From: a virus
Lineage: Duplodnaviria; Caudoviricetes
Direction: 5' to 3' (one strand)
DNA length: 32,688 bases
IMG/VR virus record: IMGVR_UViG_3300033412_000048
Span: 1-32,688 of that record
In this document: one piece after another, positions 1 to 9,508 of the stretch
Numbering within the stretch: position 1 is the first letter of the stretch
Layout of the letters: each line of letters opens with the position of its first letter
Program-made: the position numbers and the translations under genes
The notes under the pieces: model-generated
The model's database searches: none
Seen by the model: only the letters and a program-made list of their open reading frames with translations
Told to the model about the DNA's origin: nothing

Positions 1-49
1 CGACGGGGCCCTTTGAGCTGATAGCGACGGTGATATAGGGATACGACAT
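1..49 (-). CDS. 5' end of the next tail-region gene (partial; MSYPYITVAISSKGPV...)
   Basis: ATG at 49-47 preceded by purine-rich AAGAAGAGAG, just after the stop of the 62..562 gene; runs off the window edge. Confidence 0.5.
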   Translation of the reverse strand, partial: MSYPYITVAISSKGPV

Positions 50-61
50 AGCTCTCTTCTT

Positions 62-562
62 TCATGATCGGGCCGTAGCGACCCAGTCAACGGGACCGGA
101 CCACGTATTGGGGGTTCCACTGCCGTCGGAGACGCGTAGCAGAAAGCCGGTGGTCGTGATGCTGATGGCCTGGGAAAACCAGGTCCTGGCGACGCCCGCA
201 CCGGCGGTGACGTTGGTGGTCACGACCGGCGCAGCACTGAACGTAAAGTTGAAGGTGACCGCGACGGCGACAGTCGCGACGGCCGACACCGAGACCGAGA
301 CCGAACCGGTGTCGACCGCTCTCGGCTGCGGACCGAGACTGACGCCAGTGGGGCCCAGCACCAGCCAGGACGAGTCCTGGCGGAACACGGCGACCACGTC
401 GCCGACGGCCGGGAGGTACGGGCCGAGGACGCCCACCCCGGAGGAGAACTCCCCGCCGTTCACAGACAGCGTCAGCGGCGACACGGCCACGACGGTGGCG
501 GTGCGCATCCCGTTGCCGATCCCGGCGGCCTTCTGCGTCTGGTGCGCCAGTTTCGTCGTCAC
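62..562 (-). CDS. Minor tail protein (~166 aa; beta-rich C-terminal tail-fibre/H-type-lectin-like domain)
   Basis: 3' part of ORF 62..1696. GTG start overlaps the TGA of the upstream gene (GTGA). PAVGDVVAVFRQDSSWLVLG and VTFNFTFSAAPVV...VDWVA patterns are typical of actinophage minor tail proteins. Confidence 0.7.
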   Translation of the reverse strand: MTTKLAHQTQKAAGIGNGMRTATVVAVSPLTLSVNGGEFSSGVGVLGPYLPAVGDVVAVFRQDSSWLVLGPTGVSLGPQPRAVDTGSVSVSVSAVATVAVAVTFNFTFSAAPVVTTNVTAGAGVARTWFSQAISITTTGFLLRVSDGSGTPNTWSGPVDWVATARS

Positions 563-1701
563 GACGTCACCGGGGCGTACGCGCGCAAGCTCAACGACAT
601 GTCCCCAGTCTCCCGTAGCGGCAGGGTGAACCCGACAACGACCTGGGTGCTCGCGGCCCCGTCGGCTTCCAGGGCAATGAGGTCCCCCAGTTCCAGCGAG
701 GCGTCCGGAACGACCGCGACGGGATCCCAGGTCTGGGTGATGGCTGTTGCGGCCTTCAGGGCGCTCTGGGCGGCGGACAGGCACTGCGACTGCGTCAGGG
801 CCGCCTGGTTCTGGATGAGCAGCGGCTTGCGGCCGAAGTTGCCCAGGTAGTTGGTCGGGCTGCCGTCGGCGACGTCGCGCACCGTGGCGTACACGGGGGC
901 CGACCCGTCCTGGCGTTCCGAGGTGAACACGACCGCGTTGTAGACGCCGGTCCGTGACACGGTGATCGTCCAGTCCGCGATGGTGCCGTACGCGCCGGGG
1001 GCCGTGTCGGTGCCGTCGGTCAGCGTCACCTGGGCTGTCTGGCCCGGGTTGGTCCACGGCACCCGCCGCTGCACGAACGAGCCGTCGGCCAGCGGATACC
1101 ACAGCATCGCGACGGTGGCGCTCATGTCGTCGAGGGCTTGCGCCCGGTCGCTCTGCCACACCAGCGGCGGGATGAGCACCCCGGTCAGGTCGGAGGTGCC
1201 GAACACAGCGTCGGAAACGGCGTCGGTGACGAGCCGCCGGAACTCGACGCTGATGGTGTTCGTGGTCACCGACGACTGCGGCGTTTCGAACGCGGCGTCG
1301 ACCACGTCGGCGGCCAGGTCGAGGGCGCTTACCCCGACCGCGCCGTCCCGGCGCATCTGGACCTGCTCGATGCGCCCGTAGAACACGGGGAAGGACACGA
1401 CGGAGCCGTCCCCGTACGTGATGCCCCGGTAGGCGCGCAGCCGGTTCCCGAACGGGGCCAGCAGGCCGTCTGTGTCGACGCTGCCGTTGTCGAGCAGCGG
1501 GAACCAGGACCGGTCCACCGTCAGGGACAGAACGCGCGCCACGCGGCTGTTCAGGGTGGCTCGCACACTGCCGTCGATGAACGGCATCCCGGAATACAGC
1601 ACGGACCCGTCCCGGGCCAGCACGTCGACCCGGTTGTAGACCGCGTGCGGGCGCGACAGGGCATCCCGATACTGGGCGTCGAGGCCCCCCGACCACACCA
1701 T
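559..1701 (-). CDS. Minor tail protein (Tal/baseplate-hub-like, DUF5047-like)
   Basis: 380 aa directly after the distal tail gene; LAPFGNRLRAYRGITYGDG and LELGDLIAL segments typical of this class; coupled TGATG start. Confidence 0.75.
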   Translation of the reverse strand: MVWSGGLDAQYRDALSRPHAVYNRVDVLARDGSVLYSGMPFIDGSVRATLNSRVARVLSLTVDRSWFPLLDNGSVDTDGLLAPFGNRLRAYRGITYGDGSVVSFPVFYGRIEQVQMRRDGAVGVSALDLAADVVDAAFETPQSSVTTNTISVEFRRLVTDAVSDAVFGTSDLTGVLIPPLVWQSDRAQALDDMSATVAMLWYPLADGSFVQRRVPWTNPGQTAQVTLTDGTDTAPGAYGTIADWTITVSRTGVYNAVVFTSERQDGSAPVYATVRDVADGSPTNYLGNFGRKPLLIQNQAALTQSQCLSAAQSALKAATAITQTWDPVAVVPDASLELGDLIALEADGAASTQVVVGFTLPLRETGDMSLSLRAYAPVTS

Positions 1702-2993
1702 CAGCCCGCCAGCCCTTGCAGGACCTGCGTCCAGGTCAGCCCGGCGGCGTTGACCGCGCCCCAGGTGGCGTACCGATTGCAGGTGTCCTGCCAGCGGGCC
1801 CCCACGGTGCCCTCCATGGGGCCGCCGGGGGCGGCGACAGTCACATGCGGCAGCGAGAAGACGCGGATGGGGAACCTGTGGTCGGGCAGTACCCGGCCTT
1901 CTGACGACGTCCCCACCGAGATGTACGCGTCCGGCAGCCCGTACTCGTCGGGCACCTGGAAGAGCAGCGGCGAGCCGGGGGCCAGCAACGCCACCAGCCG
2001 GTCCCGGTCGGCGAAGGTGCGCGACACCAGGGTCAGTGTGGACGTGACCGAGCTGCGCACCTTCGACACGACAATCGGCACATCCTGGTTGTTGATGTTG
2101 AACGTTGCCGCGTTGGCCGCCTGCTGCCGCACGTCGAGGCTCTGCCAGAACACCCCCTCAGCGGGGATGCACAGCGGGTTCGGGTCGAAGGTGAAGTCGA
2201 TCCGCACGTTGTTGCCGGGCCGCAACGGATCCTTGAGCTGACTCGACCCGCGCGAGGCCAGCGACACACCGGCCGAGGTCGCCGACCCGGCGGCAGACAC
2301 CACCACCACCGAGCTCACGCTGATGATCGTGGTCGCGGCGGGGGTGCCCGTCACGTTGATGAACGGCCGCACGAACGCGGCGTTGGCGGGGGCTACCAGC
2401 GTGAACGTGATGGTCGTCGCGGCGAGCACAGACGCGCTGGAACTACCGGTCGAAAGGAAGCCGCCTGCCCCGTCCAGGTAGCTGACCCCGACGTTCACCG
2501 TCTGAGTGACATTCGACGACACGACCGCCGTGATCGTGAACGAGGCACCGGGGGTGGCCGGGATGTCCTCGGCGCGCAGGTTCGGGGTGGCGATCGTCCC
2601 GTCGGTGAAGAAGGACATGAACGTCGCGCCGGACCTCGACGAGGTGGGCCGGATGGTGGTCGCCGAGGTGGACGCATACCAGGGGTCGGTGTAGCCGTCG
2701 GCGAACGTCGGGTTGGCGTTCAGGGTCACCACGGGCGCGCTGGCGGTGTAGTAGACCGAGCTGTCCAGCGGCGCTTCCGTGTCGTACAGGACCGCCTTGT
2801 AACCGGCCTGCATGGGCGCGTAGGCGACACCACCGATGGTGGTGGACGCGCCGTGACCGCGCACCTGCGCCGTCGCTCCGGTGGCCGCATCCACCCGGTT
2901 CACCAGGGCGTACGGGGCGTCGATGTCGCTGAAGTCGAGATCCAGGCGCACCTGGGACTTGGTTGCGTCGGCGGTGGCGGTGATCGTCGGCAC
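1701..2993 (-). CDS. Distal tail protein (Dit-like) with an inserted carbohydrate-binding module
   Basis: 430 aa directly after the tape measure gene; YDTEAPLD..VYY N-terminal motif; central NPTF...VSYLDGAGGFLS...APANA beta-sandwich insert. Confidence 0.7.
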   Translation of the reverse strand: MPTITATADATKSQVRLDLDFSDIDAPYALVNRVDAATGATAQVRGHGASTTIGGVAYAPMQAGYKAVLYDTEAPLDSSVYYTASAPVVTLNANPTFADGYTDPWYASTSATTIRPTSSRSGATFMSFFTDGTIATPNLRAEDIPATPGASFTITAVVSSNVTQTVNVGVSYLDGAGGFLSTGSSSASVLAATTITFTLVAPANAAFVRPFINVTGTPAATTIISVSSVVVVSAAGSATSAGVSLASRGSSQLKDPLRPGNNVRIDFTFDPNPLCIPAEGVFWQSLDVRQQAANAATFNINNQDVPIVVSKVRSSVTSTLTLVSRTFADRDRLVALLAPGSPLLFQVPDEYGLPDAYISVGTSSEGRVLPDHRFPIRVFSLPHVTVAAPGGPMEGTVGARWQDTCNRYATWGAVNAAGLTWTQVLQGLAG

Positions 2994-2997
2994 CCGG

Positions 2998-5400
2998 TCA
3001 CCTCGTCCCGTATGACAGCTCGTTGGCCTGGTCGCTCATTTTCTTGTCGATGCGCACGTCGAGGATATCCGTGATCTCCCTCGTGCCCAGGTAGACCCGG
3101 ACGTTGGTCGCTTCGCCGTGCGAGGCCCGGCTGCCCAGCATGTCGAGCAGGCCGGTGCTCTTGGCGACGGCGGCCGCCTTGGCCGGGTCGCCCATCGGCA
3201 CGACCGCTTCAGGCCCGGCCTCACCGACGACGGCGAGGGTCGGGGCGGTGACCAGGCCGCCGGACGCCAGCAGGGGGATGTGCGGCAGGCCGATGTGCAC
3301 GGCGCTGGATACGCGGTCGATGCCGGAATTGAAGCCGGAGATGATCGAGTTGATGCCGGACTTCAGCCCGGACAGGATGTCGTGCCCGACGTTGCGCATG
3401 AACCCGGAGATGCGGCCGGGCAGGTCGCGCACGAAGCTGACGACGGCGTCCGCGCCTTCCCGCACTTCCCGTTTCGCCCAGTCCCATGCGCTGCGGAACG
3501 CCCCGCCGATGATGCCGGGGAGGCGGTTGACGAACCCGGCGATCTTGCCGGGGAGCTGGGTGAAGATGAAGATCACGGCGCTCACGCCCAGCTCAAGGGC
3601 GGTCTTGCCCAGCGAGAAGGCCAGGTTCCACAGGTCCACGAACAGGTGACCGATCGACTTGACCGCGTCCCAGATCATCCCGGGGGCTTTGACGAAGAAG
3701 GCGATGATCAGGCCGATGCCGACGCCGATGGCGAACCCGGCCGCGTTCAGGGCGTTGAGGAAGAGCTGGCCCAGCAGGGCGGGCAGGGCGCTCAGGGCCG
3801 CCCAGATCTTGCCGGGGATGCTGGCGAAGAAGCCGGGGAGGGTGACGGTAAACCAGTCGCCGATGCTCTTGCCGACCGAGACGATCCACTGCCAGATGCC
3901 CTGGAAGAATCCCTTGATCGCTTCCCAGGCGGACTTCAGCGCGGTGGTGACGGCCCCCCAGTTCTTATAGATCAGGTAGGCCCCGGCGGCGATGGCGGCG
4001 GCGGCGAGCACGATCCAGCCGACCGGGTTGAGGGCGTCCACGATCGCTTCGTAGACGGCCACGGCGATGAGGGCGGTGCGGTACGCCATCCACGCGGTTA
4101 CGGCGGCGGCCAGCAGGTCGGGATGCTTGGCGAGGATGTCGGCGACGGACACCAGGAACGGCGTGATCTTGACGAGCGCGTCGGTGAGGCCCCCGGCGAA
4201 GATGCTCACGAGCTGGCCGATCGCGGGCAGCAGCGGCGTAAGGACCTGCGCCATGGTGCTCAGCGCGGTGTTCAGCAGCATGAACAGGTCCGCCAGAGCC
4301 TCCTGGCCCTGGGCGCTCGCGAAGAATGCGGCGAGCTGGCCGACAAGGGCGCTGAGGAAGCCGAGAGCCTGCGCGCCGTCGGCCTGGAGGGCCGTGATCA
4401 GCGCCGTCACAAGATCAAAAACGTTGCCGAGAAAGCCCCCGAGCTGCCGGAGGATGACCAGAGCATCGTCGAAGAACTGGGCCAGCGCCCCCGAGGCGGC
4501 CGCCTCGTTGATGAACTGCGAGAACTGCACCAGCAGATTCGCGAAGCCCGTGGAGAGGGTGGCGAACAGGGGGCCGCCGACCGCGCCCAGCGTGATGAAC
4601 GCCCCCGTCAACTGGGCCAGGGCCGGGATGAACGGCTTGAGCGCCTCGTGTGCGGCCGTGAAGATCGCCCCGATGTCCGCCGACCGGTTGCCGAAGGTCC
4701 GCAGGACGTTGTCGCCGATCTTCCCGATGTCCACGGCCAGGTAGGTGAGGCCCTTGTGCAGGGTCGGCAGCAACTGCCGGGCCACCCGGGTCAGCGTGCC
4801 CTCAAGCTGGTTGAAGAACACTTGCTGGATGTCCTGCTGAAGCTGGCGGAAGGCGGGGTGAAGCCGCTGGATCTCCCGGACGAAGTCCTGGGCGCTGGGC
4901 GACAGCTTCTTCATCGCCTCGTTGAACTGCTCGGCCTTTGCCGGATCGAACGCGGTCGAGAGGGCGGCCCCCAGGCCGTGGGTCGCCAGGGCCAGCGCGC
5001 CGACCGCGCCGACCATGCCGAAGATGGCCACTGGCAGGGTGCCCGCGAGGGCGGTGACGGCCGGGGCGAGGGCTGCCACGAGCTCCACGGCGAGGCCGAT
5101 CAGGGTGGGCATCAGGAGGGCGGCGGCGACGGACAGGCCTTGGCTCAGACCCTTCCAGAGGGAGGTCCCGCCCTTCTTACCCTCCTTCTCCATATCGTTT
5201 TCGATCTTGGTGTCGACGCCCTTGGCCAGCTCATCCGCCGCCGACTCACCCGCCTGCCGCGCCGACTTGTCCAGCTCCTCGAACTCCAGACCCTTCGTCT
5301 GCTCGTCGAGGGCTTTCTTGATCTCCTGCCGCAACCCGGGCGTGAACTTCGACAGGTCAGCGAACACCTGCACGAACGCGCGTCCCAGAACACCGGCCAT
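2998..5400 (-). CDS. Tape measure protein
   Basis: 800 aa, Ala/Leu/Gly-rich and helical with periodic W/F; N-terminal GRAFVQVFAD; C-terminal LASGGLV..PTLAVVGEAGPEAVVP. Confidence 0.92.
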   Translation of the reverse strand: MAGVLGRAFVQVFADLSKFTPGLRQEIKKALDEQTKGLEFEELDKSARQAGESAADELAKGVDTKIENDMEKEGKKGGTSLWKGLSQGLSVAAALLMPTLIGLAVELVAALAPAVTALAGTLPVAIFGMVGAVGALALATHGLGAALSTAFDPAKAEQFNEAMKKLSPSAQDFVREIQRLHPAFRQLQQDIQQVFFNQLEGTLTRVARQLLPTLHKGLTYLAVDIGKIGDNVLRTFGNRSADIGAIFTAAHEALKPFIPALAQLTGAFITLGAVGGPLFATLSTGFANLLVQFSQFINEAAASGALAQFFDDALVILRQLGGFLGNVFDLVTALITALQADGAQALGFLSALVGQLAAFFASAQGQEALADLFMLLNTALSTMAQVLTPLLPAIGQLVSIFAGGLTDALVKITPFLVSVADILAKHPDLLAAAVTAWMAYRTALIAVAVYEAIVDALNPVGWIVLAAAAIAAGAYLIYKNWGAVTTALKSAWEAIKGFFQGIWQWIVSVGKSIGDWFTVTLPGFFASIPGKIWAALSALPALLGQLFLNALNAAGFAIGVGIGLIIAFFVKAPGMIWDAVKSIGHLFVDLWNLAFSLGKTALELGVSAVIFIFTQLPGKIAGFVNRLPGIIGGAFRSAWDWAKREVREGADAVVSFVRDLPGRISGFMRNVGHDILSGLKSGINSIISGFNSGIDRVSSAVHIGLPHIPLLASGGLVTAPTLAVVGEAGPEAVVPMGDPAKAAAVAKSTGLLDMLGSRASHGEATNVRVYLGTREITDILDVRIDKKMSDQANELSYGTR

Positions 5401-5403
5401 GGC

Positions 5404-5973
5404 TCACGATCCTACGGGTGTGGGTGGTTGCGCCTGGCCCATCAGGGCCGCAAACGCCGACTCGGCCGCGCGCTGGTCGTACAGGTCATCCGCCTTCACG
5501 CCTTCCACGCCGATCGGGGGCATTCGCAGATCGATGTCGAACCTGTTGCGCTCCTGCTCGTCCATCGTGCGCACGCACACCACGTAGATGGCGTTCAGCG
5601 CCGCCGCAAGGCTGACCCTGTCCAGGTCCACGCCAAGCCGGGTCAGTTCCCCCCCGATGATGTGCCACGACGCGGCAGACGAACGGATCAGCCGGTCCGC
5701 CTCCCACCAGGGACGTCCGGCCGCCTCGGCCAGCAACTCTCGGGACCGGGTCGCAAGCAGCTCGGCGGTAATCTCGCCGTCAAGCAGCATGTCCGCGATG
5801 CGCTCCTCCGCGCCCGCGCCCATCATCCCCGGAATGAGGGGCAGCGGTACGTCCTCGTCAAGGATCGCGAGGAACCAGTCGGCTGCTGGCCGGGGAGGAA
5901 CCGTGAAGGTCTCCCCGGCCAACTCAACGTCGAGCGCCCAGACCTTGAGTGCAGCGAGAGCGTCAGCGGGCAT
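5404..5973 (-). CDS. Tail assembly chaperone (pre-TMP)
   Basis: 189 aa immediately upstream of the tape measure gene; AGRPWWEADRL motif seen in actinophage pre-TMP chaperones. Confidence 0.65.
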   Translation of the reverse strand: MPADALAALKVWALDVELAGETFTVPPRPAADWFLAILDEDVPLPLIPGMMGAGAEERIADMLLDGEITAELLATRSRELLAEAAGRPWWEADRLIRSSAASWHIIGGELTRLGVDLDRVSLAAALNAIYVVCVRTMDEQERNRFDIDLRMPPIGVEGVKADDLYDQRAAESAFAALMGQAQPPTPVGS

Positions 5974-6346
5974 CGGACGGCAGCTCGTTGCAAACGTGAA
6001 CGGGAGATCCGAACACGCAGCCGTGGCTGCACTTTGGTGCTTCGGCCCACGTCACTCCAGCCGCCCTACGCCTCTGGTCCGCCGCGCCCTGCAACCGGCC
6101 AAGCTGGATACCCTCGCGGTACGCCCGTTTGGCCTTGACGTCGGCCCGCCAGAAGTGGAACGGGAGCCACGCCGCAAGGGCCACGTACACGCCGAGCTGG
6201 ATCGGCCAGGGCACGTACTGGGCGATGTATTCGGTCCAGGGGATGGTTCCGGCCGGATGGAACACCCCGGCGACGACCTCCATGACGATCGCGGCGAGGG
6301 TGAGCCCAAGGAACACGACAGTCCAGAGGATTCGCTTCGTCTTCAC
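5963..6346 (-). CDS. Two-TM membrane protein, hypothetical
   Basis: 127 aa with two hydrophobic segments; GTGA-coupled to the upstream gene. Confidence 0.65.
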   Translation of the reverse strand: MKTKRILWTVVFLGLTLAAIVMEVVAGVFHPAGTIPWTEYIAQYVPWPIQLGVYVALAAWLPFHFWRADVKAKRAYREGIQLGRLQGAADQRRRAAGVTWAEAPKCSHGCVFGSPVHVCNELPSDAR

Positions 6347-6702
6347 CTGCGCCTCCGCACGGGGGCAGCCTTCTTTGCTGCCGGGGCGGCCTGGTCGTTG
6401 AATTCCTTGGTGGCCTCGGTGATCACCGCGAAGACCTGCTCTGCGCTCACGTCCCCGCCGATCATGGCGTCGTCGAGCCAGTCCTTGTCGTCGTCGCTGA
6501 CGATCATCTGCTCGACGACCTTGCCGATGGTGCCGAGGTTGCGGACCATGCGGTCGCGCTGCTCAGCGGTCAACTCCTCAACGTTTTCGATCTTGGGCAG
6601 GCCTCGAAATGTTCGGGCCAGTACCACCAGCGCGCCATCAGTCGGCTTGCGCATCTCGACCTCACGGCCGCCGAGCGTGACCTTCACGGTCGCCTCAGGC
6701 AT
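6343..6702 (-). CDS. Tail assembly chaperone (~119 aa; MPEATVKVTLGGREVEMRKPTDG...)
   Basis: Strong RBS AGGAGGAG before ATG at 6702; position between the gp10-like gene and the tape measure gene. Confidence 0.65.
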   Translation of the reverse strand: MPEATVKVTLGGREVEMRKPTDGALVVLARTFRGLPKIENVEELTAEQRDRMVRNLGTIGKVVEQMIVSDDDKDWLDDAMIGGDVSAEQVFAVITEATKEFNDQAAPAAKKAAPVRRRR

Positions 6703-6713
6703 ATCTCCTCCTC

Positions 6714-7166
6714 CTACGTGTCGCCGCCGGGCGCATCCGCTGCGGCAGCGCTCTGCATCTTCCATCCCTCGCTCGTAGCGACCTCACGCAGGGCGTCTCG
6801 CATCCACGGGCGACCCCGCCGGGCAGGCTGCGAGACCCACTTACGCACCATCGGCTGGCCATGCCAGACGAAAGCGAGGGCCTGCTTGCGCTTCGGGTAG
6901 ATGACCACCGGGCGGCGGCCCTCATGCACGGGCAGTGCGTACTTGACCCGGGTGAACACCTCGCCCGTGATCTTCGAACCGGACGCTTTGATCTTGAACT
7001 GGTGGCTTGCCCGCAAGTTCCCCGTGTCCACAGGCGTCATCACCCGAGCACGGTTGAGCACCTTCGTGGTGACCTTGACGACCTCACGACCTACGTCATC
7101 CTTCAAGATCCCCTGAATCACCGGCAGGAACAACTCGACGTTGACCGACTTCACCCCGCCCGGCAT
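6714..7166 (-). CDS. HK97 gp10-like tail-completion protein
   Basis: TPVDTGNLRAS, YALPVHEG and RPWMRDAL motifs; RBS GGAGGAGGAG before ATG at 7166. Confidence 0.8.
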   Translation of the reverse strand: MPGGVKSVNVELFLPVIQGILKDDVGREVVKVTTKVLNRARVMTPVDTGNLRASHQFKIKASGSKITGEVFTRVKYALPVHEGRRPVVIYPKRKQALAFVWHGQPMVRKWVSQPARRGRPWMRDALREVATSEGWKMQSAAAADAPGGDT

Positions 7167-7329
7167 CCGGCTCCTCCTCCGCCACGACCCGTAGGTAGCC
7201 ACTCTCCACGTACGGCGCGGGCCACCGGTCGTCCGCGTCCAGCGTGAACTGCTCGCCACGGTCCAGATGGTTGAAGCTCACCGCTACCTCGTACGTCCGC
7301 TTGCCGGTCTTGCGGCCCGATGCGGCCAT
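7096..7329 (-). CDS. Small hypothetical protein in the head-tail connector cluster
   Basis: 77 aa; RBS GAAGGGGGAG before ATG. Confidence 0.6.
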   Translation of the reverse strand: MAASGRKTGKRTYEVAVSFNHLDRGEQFTLDADDRWPAPYVESGYLRVVAEEEPDAGRGEVGQRRVVPAGDSGDLEG

Positions 7330-7397
7330 GGCTCCCCCTTCGTCCGGATGGGGCCCCTCGAATCTGCTTCAAGCCCGGAGGGGCTGCGGGCCGACCG

Positions 7398-7937
7398 TCA
7401 GCAGTCCGCGCACGGGGCGGGGACCGACACGGTCACCAGCAGTTTACCGCCGGTGCAACCACCCTCCACCGGCAGCGGAGACCACTCGCCCACCGCGCGG
7501 CGCTGCGTCGGCAGCCAGCAGCACGCCGCTGTGCGGCGCATCAACGTCTGATGGACCATCTGCGTCGCGGCCGCCGCCGCCCAGTCCGCCGTGCTCGGCG
7601 GATCGAGGTTGTCCAGGGTGTCGCTCGAATCCGACCAGGGCATGCAGAACGCGATGCCCATCTCCAGCACCACCGCGTACGCCAGCGGCCCGCACGGCAG
7701 CCACGTGTTGTCGGCGGCGGGGAAGCTGTCCCACGACGGGTAGATGTTGGCGATACGCACCCACGCCAGACCTGCACAGCACTCGTCGACATTCGGGCCG
7801 AAGTACGGGGCGGTGTCCTGGCCGACGCGAAGCTGAATGTACTTCGGCGGGGACGTCAGCGTGGCCAGCTTCGTCGTGAAGCAGGCCAGCAGCTCCTGGG
7901 CGACCGGCATACCGATCGGGTCGGCAGGCTGGGTCAC
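7398..7937 (-). CDS. Head-tail connector / tail terminator-like protein
   Basis: 179 aa; CC.GLAWVR and P.EGGC.GG motifs typical of this gene in cluster-B-like actinophages; GTGA coupling. Confidence 0.65.
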   Translation of the reverse strand: MTQPADPIGMPVAQELLACFTTKLATLTSPPKYIQLRVGQDTAPYFGPNVDECCAGLAWVRIANIYPSWDSFPAADNTWLPCGPLAYAVVLEMGIAFCMPWSDSSDTLDNLDPPSTADWAAAAATQMVHQTLMRRTAACCWLPTQRRAVGEWSPLPVEGGCTGGKLLVTVSVPAPCADC

Positions 7938-8743
7938 GGGATCGTGGTGATGCGGTTGGGCGACTGATCCATGGACAGCACCATAGGCGACTGCGCAAGG
8001 CGGCCCGGGTTGAACTGGACCACGAGCTGATCCACCTCATTGAGCCCGGTCAGACCCCGGTCCAAGTAGGTGTTGACGCTCGGGAACTGCACGGACACGC
8101 CCGTGCGGGACAGCGACTGCATGCGCTGCGGCAGGCGGCACGGCTGACCGGCGATCGCCTTACCGATCTCGCAGGCGAGGATGCTCGCCGCGTCCAGAGC
8201 CTCGTCGGGCACGACCCGGCCGAACACGCCGGTGACGCTCCACGTGTCGGCGGCACCCACGTCCTTGTCGAGGTCCTGGCATTGCGGCCAGCAGGAGCCG
8301 TCGGTGCGCACCAGCAGGTTGCCGTTGTCGACCCGGTAGGCGCTCGCGTTGAGCGTCGCCCCGTCGATGATCACCGACTCGATGGACACCGTACGGGGAA
8401 GCTCCACCTCGCAGGTGGCTCCGCAGCAGTTGATGCCCGCGCACCCGGCGTTGTGCCACACCCCGTTCTGGATGTACAGCGGGTAGTAGCTGTTGCCCTC
8501 GTCGGTGCCCCACGGGTTGATCAGGTTCACCGGGTAGACCTGATAGAGCGGCGGCAGCGAGGGGGCATTGCACGGCCTGAGCGTGAGCGTGACGGTCCCG
8601 AACTGCCGACCCGTCAGCGAGTACACGGTGAAGGCCGCCAGGCGCAGGGCGAGCGCTTTCTGGTCGGCGGTGAGGGCGGCCCAGGTTGTCGAGCAGGCCG
8701 CGAAGTTGGTGACGGTCCAGCCGTCAGGTACTGCACTGGTCAT
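7934..8743 (-). CDS. Head-to-tail adaptor
   Basis: 269 aa; LTGRQFG...RPC, WPQCQDL, CRLPQR..SLSRTGVS, TGLNEVD...NP motifs. Confidence 0.75.
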   Translation of the reverse strand: MTSAVPDGWTVTNFAACSTTWAALTADQKALALRLAAFTVYSLTGRQFGTVTLTLRPCNAPSLPPLYQVYPVNLINPWGTDEGNSYYPLYIQNGVWHNAGCAGINCCGATCEVELPRTVSIESVIIDGATLNASAYRVDNGNLLVRTDGSCWPQCQDLDKDVGAADTWSVTGVFGRVVPDEALDAASILACEIGKAIAGQPCRLPQRMQSLSRTGVSVQFPSVNTYLDRGLTGLNEVDQLVVQFNPGRLAQSPMVLSMDQSPNRITTIP

Positions 8744-8759
8744 GGCATCTCCCCACGGA

Positions 8760-8794
8760 ACGGGGGCCGGGCGGTTAGTCCACCCGGCCCCCGT
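8760..8794 (-). terminator. GC-rich hairpin after the major tail gene
   Basis: ACGGGGGCCGGG / CCCGGCCCCCGT inverted repeat; weak U-tail. Confidence 0.55.
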
Positions 8795-8810
8795 CTTGCC
8801 CGACTGTAGG

Positions 8811-9503
8811 TCAGCTCGCGCAGCCGCACGAAGCGGCAGGCGGGGCCAGGTACGTCCACTGAAGGTGCCGGTGGGTGTCCGGCGGCAGGGCGATCAGCAG
8901 CTTCTCTGACGCGCCCGTCGTCATGTTGGCCAGCACGTTCTTGGGGCCGGTGCCCCAGTTGGTGCCCTGCTTGGTGCGGCCGTTCACCGTGAACGAGATC
9001 GCCCCGTTCTCGATCTTGAGGTCGCCGACGGTGCCCTCGACGATGTTCGGCAGCAGGAAATACCCGTACGGGACCAGCGAGAACGTGCCGACCGTGACGC
9101 AGGCGGGGCTGGCGATGTTGGTCCACACCTCCAGCCCGAAAGCGCCCGCCGCGTAGTTGCTCGTCCGGGTTTGGAAGCCGACGGCCGCCGGGGCGGCGGC
9201 GTCGTTGAGCACCAGCGTGGAGCCGGTGATCAAGCCGAACAACTCCGGGTCGACGTTGCAGAACGTGATCGTTACGTCGATCCATTTGAGCTGCTTCGGC
9301 GACTTCTCGTTGACGCACATCACGCCAGCCGCGTTCAGGACGACGATCTCCTGACCCGACTCGACCTGATCCTGCATCTCCACCGAGACGAAACCGGTCG
9401 AGACGGCCGACACGCAGGAACCCGTATTCGGGGTGCCACACGAGTTGACTGTCTGGACCCGCATGGTGGTGCCCTGGATGGGGGCCTGGCATACGGCCGT
9501 CAT
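8811..9503 (-). CDS. Major tail protein
   Basis: 230 aa; G..MRV....CG.P, NAAG.MCV, FCNVDP, F.LEVWT, YGYFLLP and WGTGP motifs; RBS AAGGAG. Confidence 0.85.
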   Translation of the reverse strand: MTAVCQAPIQGTTMRVQTVNSCGTPNTGSCVSAVSTGFVSVEMQDQVESGQEIVVLNAAGVMCVNEKSPKQLKWIDVTITFCNVDPELFGLITGSTLVLNDAAAPAAVGFQTRTSNYAAGAFGLEVWTNIASPACVTVGTFSLVPYGYFLLPNIVEGTVGDLKIENGAISFTVNGRTKQGTNWGTGPKNVLANMTTGASEKLLIALPPDTHRHLQWTYLAPPAASCGCAS

Positions 9504-9508
9504 ATCCG

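Noticed and set aside
563-1696. Arg-rich N-terminal extension of the 544-aa ORF
   Set aside because: Alternate frame overlapping the 380-aa tail gene; the real start is likely the coupled GTG at 562
3118-6138. 1006-aa plus-strand ORF and similar long antisense ORFs (15856..18189, 23699..26029, 26911..28551, 28502..30139, 30506..32518)
   Set aside because: Stop-poor shadow frames of GC-rich minus-strand genes, with no recognisable motifs or RBS
6343-6400. Programmed frameshift at the end of the first tail chaperone
   Set aside because: No convincing slippery heptamer seen, and an intervening gene separates the chaperones
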